This document shows, piece by piece, positions 39,217-48,652 of a stretch of DNA of 64,000 nucleotides. Position 1 is the stretch's first letter; each line of letters begins with the position of its first letter. The stretch lies in the NCBI GenBank assembly GCA_964291315.2, contig OZ219753.1:1792001-1856000 (forward strand), given 5' to 3'. A model generated the notes under the pieces. It was given only the letters and a program-made list of their open reading frames with translations, was not told where the DNA came from and did no database searches. A program made the position numbers and the translations under genes. The DNA is from Candidatus Poribacteria bacterium. Lineage in GTDB: Bacteria; Poribacteria; WGA-4E; WGA-3G.

Positions 39217-39245
39217 TTGCATTATCTAACGATGCATGGTATAAT
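39217..39245 (+). promoter_or_regulatory. Sigma70 promoter with an overlapping TGCAT-N9-ATGCA palindrome
   Basis: TTGCAT-17 nt-TATAAT; palindrome at 39218-39236. Confidence 0.6.
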
Positions 39246-39278
39246 TTAAGCAGTACTAAGTAAAAAAAAGGAGGAAAC

Positions 39279-39530
39279 ATGAAAAGCAGTTACGCATTTG
39301 ATTTTGAAAGTTTCAAAGATGCAGCGGTGGTACGCGGCCGGAACGAACGTTACGCAAAAGAGATAGGCGTATCGCGAGAAGCGGTACGACAACGGTTTAA
39401 CAGATTAGAGGATTTACGCGTACGTGAGCTGATAGCGATCTGCAATGTGATACAAAGAAACCCACAAGACTTCTTTACGGAGGTATCCGATGCAACAGAT
39501 GACACAGAAAAGGAGACGCGCGAAACTTGA
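39279..39530 (+). CDS. Small Cro/XRE-type HTH protein
   Basis: YAKEIGVSREAVRQR helix-turn-helix, LIAICNV...PQDFF; AGGAGG SD. Confidence 0.7.
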   Translation: MKSSYAFDFESFKDAAVVRGRNERYAKEIGVSREAVRQRFNRLEDLRVRELIAICNVIQRNPQDFFTEVSDATDDTEKETRET

Positions 39531-39548
39531 CGAACGAACATAATATTT

Positions 39549-40316
39549 ATGTTACACAGCGAAGTGACCGATAACGAATTATCCATCACACAAGACAACG
39601 CACCGATCCTCACCTGCCGTTACGGCAGGCTTGAATCGCATCCGTATTTGCATCCGCTCTACGTACCGAACGGCCAAATTGTAACCGACCACACAGATAG
39701 CAGAACACAATATCCACCTGGTATCTGCTTTACGATCGGAAACGTCAACGGCAAGAAACTTGACCAACAGGAACTCACCCGGGAACGGACACTGTCTCTT
39801 GCAGAGAATTCAGAAAAATTCGCGATCAGCACAACGTGGAATAACCAACAACCGCTACTGATAGTGACGCTCACAACCAAAGTCTACCCGCAGCAAACCG
39901 AAGTGCAAGTGCTAGACATTGAAGCCACACTACATGCACCCACCACTTCGCTTGAATTTACACGCAACACCGGACTCGGAGCGCGCACTATTGAAATGGA
40001 ATACCGAAAAACCTTCAACGCCGACGGACGCATCGGCGAAACGGAAGTCAACGGACATAAATCTGCCTGGGGAGCACTTTCAGGGATCACCGCAACTCAA
40101 CAAAACGCTGTCGGGATCGCTCTCCTGCCACATCCCACAAACGCAGAAACCTCTTTTTTCGCAGACGACACAGCCTACGGATTTCTGTTCGCAGAAGCAA
40201 CACCCTTCACAGTTGATGCCAAGGCAACGCACACGCTGAGATACCGCCTGCTCGCTTACATCGGCGATCTCTTTACCTTTGATGTCTGGAAATCTCACAA
40301 CGATTATACCCGCTGA
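39549..40316 (+). CDS. PmoA-like / DUF6807 family protein
   Basis: HPYLHPLYVPNGQIVT, HP.N, LRYRL motifs typical of this family. Confidence 0.65.
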   Translation: MLHSEVTDNELSITQDNAPILTCRYGRLESHPYLHPLYVPNGQIVTDHTDSRTQYPPGICFTIGNVNGKKLDQQELTRERTLSLAENSEKFAISTTWNNQQPLLIVTLTTKVYPQQTEVQVLDIEATLHAPTTSLEFTRNTGLGARTIEMEYRKTFNADGRIGETEVNGHKSAWGALSGITATQQNAVGIALLPHPTNAETSFFADDTAYGFLFAEATPFTVDAKATHTLRYRLLAYIGDLFTFDVWKSHNDYTR

Positions 40317-40365
40317 ACCTTTTCAGCACCCGAAAACTGACGACTCCCGACAACAAACAACTCAC

Positions 40366-41796
40366 ATGGAAAATCAGACGCTTTTCCCAATCTATAATAG
40401 AGACAAAAACGCACCCAAGCCGACGCAAAAAGCCGAAACAGGAATACCCTCATATACACGACGTGTCTACATCGAAACCTACGGATGTCAGATGAACGTC
40501 AGCGACAGTGAACTCATCGCAGGGATCCTGACGCAAAGCGGACACCAGACAGTGCAACGCATTGAGGACGCAGATGTCGTCCTCGTCAATACATGCGCAA
40601 TACGAGAAAATGCCGAAACAAAAGTTATCAATCGATTGACGCACCTCAACCACCGCAAACGCCGTCAACCCAACCTTATTATCGGAGTCTGTGGCTGTAT
40701 GGCGCAACACCTCCGAGACAAACTTTTGGACGCAGCACCCTACATCGATCTAGTGATGGGGCCCGATGCTTACCGCGAACTCCCCACCGCACTCAAGTCA
40801 TTGGAGAGTTTGGAGAATGAGGTCAAACCACACATCTCTACCACCGACCGAGACCCGTTCATCGGCTTACGACTCGACAAGAACGAGGATTATGCCGACA
40901 TCGCACCAATCCGAAAAAACGGAATCCGGGCATGGCTCACTATCCAACGCGGATGTGATAAAATGTGTACCTTCTGCATCGTTCCCTTCGTCCGCGGCAG
41001 AGAACGCAGCCTCCCAATAAAACATCTCATAGAAGATGTCGAAAAACTCGTAGACCAAGGCTTTAAAGAGGTCGTCTTGCTCGGGCAAACGGTTAACTCC
41101 TACCACAACAACGGCACCGATTTCGGAGACCTTCTCTACGCCATCGGCGATGTGAACGGGCTAGAACGGGTACGATTTACCTCGCCACACCCAGCAGACG
41201 CAACCGATAGCATGATCGAAGCAATGGCGAGCTCACCAAACGTCTGTAACCACCTGCACCTCCCCTTGCAATCCGGGTCAACAGAAGTGCTTGAACGAAT
41301 GCGGCGAACCTACACCGCCGACGAATACCGCACACTCGTCTTCAAACTCCGAGAACGCCTCCCTGATATCGCTATCACAACCGATATTATCGTCGGCTTC
41401 TGCGGCGAAACCGAAACCGAATTTATGCAAACCTATAACCTGATGGCAGACATCCGATACGATTCTGCGTTCATGTTCAAATACTCCGAACGGCAAGGCA
41501 CCCTCGCGCACAAAGCCCTCCCAGATGACGTGCCAGAATCCGTAAAAGCCAAACGCCTCCAACAAATTATTGAACTCCAAGAACAGATTTCTGCCGAAAT
41601 TAACAGCCACACCGTCGGCGACACCGTCACCGTGCTCGTAGAAGGAGAGTCCCGGCGGGACACAGACAAATACCACGGGAAAACAGACGGGTTCAAAACC
41701 ACCGTATTCCCGAAAACCGATAGCAAAATCGGGGAAATAGTCAACGTTCGTGTCAACAGCACAACCGCACATACCTTGATCGGACAAATCGTTTGA
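40366..41796 (+). CDS. miaB: tRNA-2-methylthio-N6-dimethylallyladenosine synthase
   Basis: ETYGCQMNVSDSE, NTCAIRENAE, GCDKMCTFC radical-SAM motif, TRAM domain. Confidence 0.96.
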   Translation: MENQTLFPIYNRDKNAPKPTQKAETGIPSYTRRVYIETYGCQMNVSDSELIAGILTQSGHQTVQRIEDADVVLVNTCAIRENAETKVINRLTHLNHRKRRQPNLIIGVCGCMAQHLRDKLLDAAPYIDLVMGPDAYRELPTALKSLESLENEVKPHISTTDRDPFIGLRLDKNEDYADIAPIRKNGIRAWLTIQRGCDKMCTFCIVPFVRGRERSLPIKHLIEDVEKLVDQGFKEVVLLGQTVNSYHNNGTDFGDLLYAIGDVNGLERVRFTSPHPADATDSMIEAMASSPNVCNHLHLPLQSGSTEVLERMRRTYTADEYRTLVFKLRERLPDIAITTDIIVGFCGETETEFMQTYNLMADIRYDSAFMFKYSERQGTLAHKALPDDVPESVKAKRLQQIIELQEQISAEINSHTVGDTVTVLVEGESRRDTDKYHGKTDGFKTTVFPKTDSKIGEIVNVRVNSTTAHTLIGQIV

Positions 41797-42581
41797 TGGA
41801 CAAACTCACAATTAAAAGCAGAACCGAGATTGAGAAAATGAAACAGAGCGGCCAAGCAGCAGCCACCGTCCTAAAACGCATCGGCGCAGCAATCGCCCCA
41901 GGGGTATCCACCGCCGACTTGGAACGGATTTCACGCGATACCATCGCTGAAATCAACGCCACCTCTTCCTTCTTAGGCTACCAGCTGCCCGAACACCAAC
42001 CCTATACCGCAACAATATGCACCTCTATTAATGATGTCGTCATACACGGCACACCAGATAAAAGCCACATACTCAAGGACGGAGACATCATCGGAATAGA
42101 CACAGCTGTCAACCTCAACGGCTACCACGGAGACAACGCATACACCTTCGCTGTCGGCAACATCTCGCCCTCCGCCCAACGTTTGCTTAAAGTAACACGC
42201 AACTCCCTCTACGCCGCAATCGCCGAAGCCAAACCGGGGAAGCGGATCGGCGACATCTCCGCCACATTACAGCACGGCGCAGAATCCGAAGGGTTCTCCG
42301 TAATCCAGAACTTCGCCGGACACGGCATCGGACGAAGCCTCCATGAAGCACCAGAAATCCCCTGCCTCGGCATCGCAGGACGCGGCTTACGACTCAGAAC
42401 GGGAATGGTACTCGCTATCGAAACAATGGTCAACATCGGGCTCCCTGATGTCGAAATACTCGCAGACGGCTGGACAGTCACAACTGCAGACGGAAGCCTC
42501 TCCGCTCTCTTTGAACATACCGTCGCGATCCTCGCCAACGGACCCGAAATCTTAACAGGAAGCACACTGTGGGAAAACTAA
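41796..42581 (+). CDS. map: Methionine aminopeptidase type I
   Basis: CTSINDVVIHG, GHGIGRSLHE, LAIETMV, FEHT. Confidence 0.96.
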   Translation: MDKLTIKSRTEIEKMKQSGQAAATVLKRIGAAIAPGVSTADLERISRDTIAEINATSSFLGYQLPEHQPYTATICTSINDVVIHGTPDKSHILKDGDIIGIDTAVNLNGYHGDNAYTFAVGNISPSAQRLLKVTRNSLYAAIAEAKPGKRIGDISATLQHGAESEGFSVIQNFAGHGIGRSLHEAPEIPCLGIAGRGLRLRTGMVLAIETMVNIGLPDVEILADGWTVTTADGSLSALFEHTVAILANGPEILTGSTLWEN

Positions 42582-43246
42582 ACACTAAAATTATCGCCGC
42601 CACCACCGCACTCCTTATCTTCATCTCGATCTACCTTATCTTCGGATACGCACGGATCGAAAGCACAATGCTTGAAGTCCAGAAAATCTTCTACTACCAC
42701 GTCTCCGCCGCTCTAACCGTTTTCGTGGCATTCGGCGTTAACTGCATCTTTAGCATCAAATACATCATCCAACGCAAACCCAACGACGACCTCATCGCCG
42801 TCGCAGCCGCTGAACTCGGCATCGTCTTTTGCACAATCGCCCTTCTCTCCGGACCTATCTGGGCAAAATACGCCTGGAATACATGGTGGAATTGGGAAGC
42901 ACGCCTTACAAGCACACTCGTGCTCTGGCTCATGTACATCGCCTATTTCATCCTGCGATCCGCACTAGAAGTAGATAAACGCAGACTCTATTCCGCTGTA
43001 CTCGGAATTATCGCCTATCTTGACGTGCCCATTGTCTACTACGCAGTAGATATTTGGCAAGGCGGACTACATCCCGACCGCGGAACAAAGTGGAACCTCG
43101 AAGCAACAATGCAGCATACCTGGCTAGTAGCCCTGATCGCCTTTACCCTACTCTTTACCCTTCTACTCATCGTGAGGTATCACATGAAAAAAGCACAAGC
43201 ACGCTATCAAGCCATACAACTAAAACATCTCGAGGAGACAGCCTGA
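42569..43246 (+). CDS. ccmC: Cytochrome c biogenesis heme exporter CcmC
   Basis: IFYYHV, GPIWAKYAWNTWWNWEARLT (WWD domain), LHP. Confidence 0.88.
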   Translation: MGKLNTKIIAATTALLIFISIYLIFGYARIESTMLEVQKIFYYHVSAALTVFVAFGVNCIFSIKYIIQRKPNDDLIAVAAAELGIVFCTIALLSGPIWAKYAWNTWWNWEARLTSTLVLWLMYIAYFILRSALEVDKRRLYSAVLGIIAYLDVPIVYYAVDIWQGGLHPDRGTKWNLEATMQHTWLVALIAFTLLFTLLLIVRYHMKKAQARYQAIQLKHLEETA

Positions 43247-43584
43247 TGAAAATAGCGATTTTAGTCAGCTTCTTAGCCGTCTTCATACTGTTCTTTTTTG
43301 TCGCACAAACACCCGTCACCTTAACACCCGATGAAATCGCAAAAGCAGCCTCGGAAGCCCTCTCTGAGTCCCAAATACCTATGGATGAAGAAGTTCTAAC
43401 ACAGGCAGTGCAACTATCGATCGCCAAACTCGAAAAAGCGCAAAGCACGCGCTTAAAATATCTCGCCTCAGCGTATCTCGTTATCTGGTTGGTATTCGTC
43501 TTATACGTCCTGCGATTGGACACGCAACAGCAAGAACTAGACAAACGTCTCGACCAACTCGAACAAGCGTCTGACGAGGCATAA
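43246..43584 (+). CDS. CcmD-like membrane protein with N-terminal extension
   Basis: ATG overlaps the ccmC stop (TGATG), GAGGAG SD; YLASAYLVIWLVFVLYVLRL followed by a coiled coil. Confidence 0.65.
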   Translation: MKIAILVSFLAVFILFFFVAQTPVTLTPDEIAKAASEALSESQIPMDEEVLTQAVQLSIAKLEKAQSTRLKYLASAYLVIWLVFVLYVLRLDTQQQELDKRLDQLEQASDEA

Positions 43585-43630
43585 ACTGCCAGTAGCAACA
43601 ACCGAAACCGATAAATGGAGACGAAAAAAA

Positions 43631-44080
43631 ATGAAAACGTTCCTTTTCAAAACACAGCAGACGCTTGAATGTCCGCTCACGGAAGTTTTCGCATTCTTTT
43701 CTGATGCACATAACCTGGCTGTCATTACACCACCGTGGCTCCGATTTGAGGTACTAACACCCGCACCGATTGAGATGCGCCCCGGAACACTTATCGATTA
43801 TCGTTTGAAACTGCGCGGTATCCCCCTCCGGTGGCAGAGCGAGATTACAACATGGAACCCGCCGCACAGTTTTGTTGACGAACAACGCCGCGGACCCTAT
43901 CGCCTCTGGCGACACACACATACTTTTAAAAACACAAACGAGGGCGTTGTAGTCGGAGATTCAATAGAGTACGCTGTCTGGGGCAATCAGCTCATTAACC
44001 AATTTTTTGTGCGGCCCGATATAGCGAAAATCTTCGCCTATCGCTCAGAACAACTCAAGGAAATTTTCCAACGAGGTTAA
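43631..44080 (+). CDS. SRPBCC family protein
   Basis: VFAFFSDAHNLAVITPP, FVDEQRRGPYRLWRHTH, IFAYR. Confidence 0.9.
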   Translation: MKTFLFKTQQTLECPLTEVFAFFSDAHNLAVITPPWLRFEVLTPAPIEMRPGTLIDYRLKLRGIPLRWQSEITTWNPPHSFVDEQRRGPYRLWRHTHTFKNTNEGVVVGDSIEYAVWGNQLINQFFVRPDIAKIFAYRSEQLKEIFQRG

Positions 44081-44084
44081 CACC

Positions 44085-44756
44085 TCAGAAAAAAAATAAG
44101 AAGCCACCATATCGGTGGATCCTATCGTAATAGTGCATGACCCGCTCCACGAAATCCAGTGTCTCATTAGATCCCTCAAAGTAACCGTGAGTAGGCACCC
44201 CCGTTTTCCACACCCCCTTATGCATATCTACATGCTGCTTTGTCAATTGGCTGAGGGCAACGCTCACCGGACTCCACAAACGTGGATCTGCACCATTCCG
44301 ATGACGGACAAGCGCCTGCGCATCCCGAACACGACCGATACCACCATTGTAACTCGCTAACACCAAGCGGTGCCGATCCTCCTCCGGACTTTCAGGAAAA
44401 GCGCGATACAACGTGTGTAGATAGCGGGCAGCACCCGCAATGCTCTGCTCCGCATCAAGCGGGTCTTCCACACCGAGCTCCTTTGCTGTCGCCGGCATCA
44501 GCTGCGTTAACCCCTGCGCCCCTACTGAACTCTCTGCTTTTTCATCAAACCCTGATTCTTGCACAATCAGAGCACACACCAAGCGCGCATCCAACGACTC
44601 TTTGTCGGCATACTTCTGAATCAGTTTTCTGTACTTGAAGATCCTCGGCGTAAGCGCGAGCAGACGCACATCCGGATGGAAACCGTTGATAACGCCACCG
44701 ATTAAAAAAATCAGAACAAGCGCTGTGATAATGAGAAAAAATGTCCGTTTACGCAT
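44085..44756 (-). CDS. Lytic transglycosylase (SLT domain)
   Basis: IVQESGF, GAQGLTQLMPATA, ASYNGG, ET..FV. Confidence 0.92.
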   Translation of the reverse strand: MRKRTFFLIITALVLIFLIGGVINGFHPDVRLLALTPRIFKYRKLIQKYADKESLDARLVCALIVQESGFDEKAESSVGAQGLTQLMPATAKELGVEDPLDAEQSIAGAARYLHTLYRAFPESPEEDRHRLVLASYNGGIGRVRDAQALVRHRNGADPRLWSPVSVALSQLTKQHVDMHKGVWKTGVPTHGYFEGSNETLDFVERVMHYYDRIHRYGGFLFFF

Positions 44757-44777
44757 CTTTTTATAAACTACAAACCT

Positions 44778-46376
44778 TCAAAAAGCATATCCGGCATCAA
44801 ACATAAATCTATGTCCTTGATCTCTCTTTCCCAAACGATGTTCACTATTTTGCGTCTGTTGCCAGGCATAAGAGAGTGAGACACGCCACCCATTTAAAGG
44901 ACGATAAGCAAGCACACCGCCAATTTCTGTGGTACGTGCCACGATCCCCGTAGGAAACGGAAGCGAGCTGAAATCCTCACCGGAAAACCGATCCGCAATC
45001 CGCCCCTCTCCCTGACGCATCAAGACCCCTCGAACCGCTGCCTGTGTGGAGACACTCAACTGGTAGGAGACCGAAAATCGCAGTATATCCGAATCCGTCG
45101 CGATCGGATGCCCAATCGCATAACCAAAGTGCGTGAACTGATTCTCAGGCACAAGATGCGTATAGGCCCAACGATTGACCCTGGCATATTCACTATAAAC
45201 GCCAAGCCGACGCTCAAGTTGACTCGGATACCAAGTTACGCCCAAGAGCCACGCCACTGCATGTGGATCGTTTGAAGTAGGCACATATTGGATGTCGTCA
45301 ATGACCCACTCCGCGTAAAGCCGCACCCCGTCGATCGGACGGACCGCGGCATCAAACGCAAACATCATATTATCATCCGCCTTGGCGTTGTATTGTAGGA
45401 CGTAATAAAAGGCGACCGGATTCGCGTATTTCCACTCCACTGTCTGTGCATCGCCACCATAAAGCACCCACTCAGCCACTCCAATTTCAACCCGGTCGGT
45501 GAATTGGTAGTCCAAGCGGTGACCGCTCATATAACGTTTTGCTAAATAACGTCTCTTACCGTCATCATACCACGTTGAATCCAGTTGTGTCGTGAAGGCG
45601 GTCGCTTTAAGACGGCTACCCAACCGACCCGTCAGCCGGATTTGATCAAACGCCGGCGAGTTATCCGAGATACCAACGCTCTTATATGGACTCGACCCCC
45701 AGAAAAGCCAGTCTCTGCCGACAAGCAGATCAAGGTGCCTACTGTTTACCTGTAGATAACTTCTTCTGAAATCTATGATATACCCGCCACCGCGATGCCA
45801 CGGCTCAAAACGTTGATCCGCAGTTTTACCATCAAGCGGGCGCTTCTCAAAATTCTGACCCTCAAATTCGGAATAGAACGCGAACCGCGGCGCAGCCCGA
45901 TCGTCAACGCTACCGATTGTATAGTGGAAGGCACCTTCAAGGGCGGGCGCCATTTGCCCCTGTCTTAATCGCAACTGTGGAAATATGTTCACCCTCAACT
46001 CTTGTAAGCCCGCAATTTCGGGTCCAAATTCCCGCTTCAGCTTTTCAAGCAGGCGACTATCTATTGCCCACACAACAACCTCACCCGCCCGAATCCGTGA
46101 CTCCGCTTCTACTATGAGCTCTGCTATTTCTGACCGTGAGAGCGGGGCCGTCTGCCGATGGAAGCCACCCGTGATGCCATCCGTCTCTAATTTCATAAGA
46201 GCTTCCGTAACCCACCCATCGAAATTCAGCGGGACATCCGGAATACCATAAGAGACATTCACAATGAGCAAAACCGCGAGGCAGACATAGACCCATCGCT
46301 GCCAATCTTTAGCTTTCTGTTGTCGGGCACTCGCCCCTGATTGGAGAAACTTTTTCACCCGCCATAAACACTTCAT
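44778..46376 (-). CDS. Capsule assembly Wzi-family outer-membrane protein
   Basis: GRDWLFWG, GISDNSPAFD, GHRL, DNMM, IGHPIATD, terminal Phe; start uncertain. Confidence 0.75.
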   Translation of the reverse strand: MKCLWRVKKFLQSGASARQQKAKDWQRWVYVCLAVLLIVNVSYGIPDVPLNFDGWVTEALMKLETDGITGGFHRQTAPLSRSEIAELIVEAESRIRAGEVVVWAIDSRLLEKLKREFGPEIAGLQELRVNIFPQLRLRQGQMAPALEGAFHYTIGSVDDRAAPRFAFYSEFEGQNFEKRPLDGKTADQRFEPWHRGGGYIIDFRRSYLQVNSRHLDLLVGRDWLFWGSSPYKSVGISDNSPAFDQIRLTGRLGSRLKATAFTTQLDSTWYDDGKRRYLAKRYMSGHRLDYQFTDRVEIGVAEWVLYGGDAQTVEWKYANPVAFYYVLQYNAKADDNMMFAFDAAVRPIDGVRLYAEWVIDDIQYVPTSNDPHAVAWLLGVTWYPSQLERRLGVYSEYARVNRWAYTHLVPENQFTHFGYAIGHPIATDSDILRFSVSYQLSVSTQAAVRGVLMRQGEGRIADRFSGEDFSSLPFPTGIVARTTEIGGVLAYRPLNGWRVSLSYAWQQTQNSEHRLGKRDQGHRFMFDAGYAF

Positions 46377-46427
46377 ATATTAACTGCCAGCTACCCGTTT
46401 TCAGTTGCAGTGGATCACAATCGCTAA

Positions 46428-48530
46428 CTACTGACGGCCATCGCATGCCTCCAGCTTTTTAACCTGGGCATCGATGTGCCGAAACTGCCAAATCCAGCGT
46501 GTGTTATAAAGGAACTGCCGGAGATCGAAGCGGTTGTCGTCCGGCGAATACGACTCTGCATGGTAAGACGGCGTCAACGTCGTCATCTTGTGTCGGTTGA
46601 TCGAATAGTACCTGAAAAACCGTTTCACCTTTTCGGCGACCTGACGAGGCGGCAAGTGCTCCCACTCCCCTACTAACTTTTCGAACATGCTCACAGGACC
46701 ACACTGCTCCATTTTTCGGAGCTGCCCAAAACGACTCAACTCCGCATAAGTCATCCCCATGTCCACTTCGTCCGTTTGCGTATAGGTCTCAGTTACCGGT
46801 TCGAGCTCCGCTGTCGGCGGGGCATCAATAATTTCAGCCAGCGCCGGATAACCAAGCTCGCTTTTCGCCCAATTCAGAAAACACCGCAGATCGTGTTTAC
46901 TAATCCCACCAATCGGGTTAATGTCACCGCTACTGCAGTCATACTTTGTTAGATACCCACGCAACGCCTCATCAACGTTACCCGTGCCCAAAACGAGAAG
47001 CGCGCCTTGACGACTTCGCGTCCACGGCATCAGCTGAGCAAACAGATAACTAATCACCATCCGCAAACGCGCCTGTATATTCTGGAGTGCTTGGTTTTCC
47101 GTATACGTCCCCCCATCCACCTTGAAACGCGGACTCTTCCCAGTGAAACGTGTAAAGAGCGATTGCAAGGCCCGAACAAGCCCATCCATGTTAATATTGA
47201 GATGATACGCACCTATCTGATCAGCCAGCAATTTCGCCCGTTTCTGCGTTTCACGGGAACTATTCTCTGTACCAATATAACACGTATACAACAGACGATT
47301 GGCAAGCACAGACGGATCCGTGAAAATATCTGACGTTTCACCCTTTTCCAGCCAACGTTCAACATCCCGGAGAACCAGTGCCTCCTTCTCGCCAATCGCT
47401 TTAGCAACCAGTTGACACATAGAACCCACAAGCGTCGCAACCGCACCGCTGTCCGCCCCACCGGAGAGCGGTATGAAATACCCCGCTGCACCCGATCTAC
47501 GCAGATAGTCCCAAAGCCAACACGCCGGACCCAGGGCTATTTCCTCTTCCGGTTTGTGATAACGTGGAACAATAGCAGCACTCATCCTCCGTCTATCTTC
47601 CGAAACCGCAGCATCCAATTCAAAATCAACGTCAATCTGTGGAGGGGACACCGTTTTGCTCGCTTGCACAGCTCGACTCGCTTTCACACCGCGATAAGAG
47701 CGAACATCGTCAAGATTCACTGTCGCCGTGATGACCTCTACATCTTTGAGTGAAAACTGAGAACCCTGCGCCAAAATTTTGCCGTTTTGAGCGATCAACG
47801 CACACCCGTCAAAGTAGAGCCTACCTCCATCACACCCTTGTTGGTTGGCGTAGACGTAGACACCACCATTTTTCTCACTAGCATTCTGGATAAGCGCGAT
47901 ACGTGTATCCAACTTCCGCAATTCATGGTGAGACCCCGACCCGTTCGTGATAATCTCTACCCCAGCATTCCCAAACTGAATGTGCAGACTCATCGGCACA
48001 AAGAGCTCCTCACACGTCTCAGAGGCCAACACGGTATCGCCCACCGCAATCGACGCAATACCGATAGGCACATTCTGTTGTCCCGTCAACTCACGAATCT
48101 CACGCGGAAGTGTGTGCGATTCAAGCGTCCAACCGTGTTCCCATGCCGCAAACCAGCGAGGCTCCCGGTAGTTACCATCGCTCGCCAGCACCGTCTTCGG
48201 ACGAATTAACAACAACTTACCATCTAATACAAAAACTCGGCAATTATACCTGACATTTTTATGCATGACCGGCATGCCGATGTCACACAAGATGCCATCC
48301 GTATGATGACCTTTAAGGATATGTGCCAGTGCTTCCCAGCTGTGTCGCAGTGTGTCCAACTCCAAAAAATGGTCTTCACAAGAATAGCCGGTAATTTCCA
48401 GCTCCGGCCCCAACCGATACCGCGCACCGCGCGCTTTTGCAGTCTCAATCGATTCAACGATGCGCGCAGTGTTCCCTTCAAAATCGAGACTCCACTGATT
48501 CAGATTGCACGTTGCAAGAACCGCTTTCAT
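46428..48530 (-). CDS. nadE: Glutamine-dependent NAD+ synthetase, eukaryote-type (NADSYN1/QNS1-like)
   Basis: Nitrilase domain (GPELE, RPK, ETCEELF) plus synthetase domain (LSGGADS, QNIQARLRM, YLTKYDCSSGD); start MKAVLATC at 48530. Confidence 0.95.
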   Translation of the reverse strand: MKAVLATCNLNQWSLDFEGNTARIVESIETAKARGARYRLGPELEITGYSCEDHFLELDTLRHSWEALAHILKGHHTDGILCDIGMPVMHKNVRYNCRVFVLDGKLLLIRPKTVLASDGNYREPRWFAAWEHGWTLESHTLPREIRELTGQQNVPIGIASIAVGDTVLASETCEELFVPMSLHIQFGNAGVEIITNGSGSHHELRKLDTRIALIQNASEKNGGVYVYANQQGCDGGRLYFDGCALIAQNGKILAQGSQFSLKDVEVITATVNLDDVRSYRGVKASRAVQASKTVSPPQIDVDFELDAAVSEDRRRMSAAIVPRYHKPEEEIALGPACWLWDYLRRSGAAGYFIPLSGGADSGAVATLVGSMCQLVAKAIGEKEALVLRDVERWLEKGETSDIFTDPSVLANRLLYTCYIGTENSSRETQKRAKLLADQIGAYHLNINMDGLVRALQSLFTRFTGKSPRFKVDGGTYTENQALQNIQARLRMVISYLFAQLMPWTRSRQGALLVLGTGNVDEALRGYLTKYDCSSGDINPIGGISKHDLRCFLNWAKSELGYPALAEIIDAPPTAELEPVTETYTQTDEVDMGMTYAELSRFGQLRKMEQCGPVSMFEKLVGEWEHLPPRQVAEKVKRFFRYYSINRHKMTTLTPSYHAESYSPDDNRFDLRQFLYNTRWIWQFRHIDAQVKKLEACDGRQ

Positions 48531-48652
48531 ATTTTCTGTCCCTAAACCACTGCCGGCTATCGATTGTCGGAAACTATCAGCCGGTGACAGCTGCATACCA
48601 CGCCCTGCCACAAACCAATCTGGAACCCGATCCCTGACTGCTAACAGCCGCC

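Noticed and set aside
39549-40316. Methane monooxygenase subunit
   Set aside because: The PmoA-like family name is misleading; this is a soluble protein with no TM helices and no pmoB/C.
3202-48650. Short CTGAYRGC/CTGAYAAC-like intergenic runs (e.g. 3202-3275, 8438-8461, 46381-46440, 48632-48650) as a regulatory system
   Set aside because: Too degenerate to define by eye; probably lineage-typical short tandem repeat filler.
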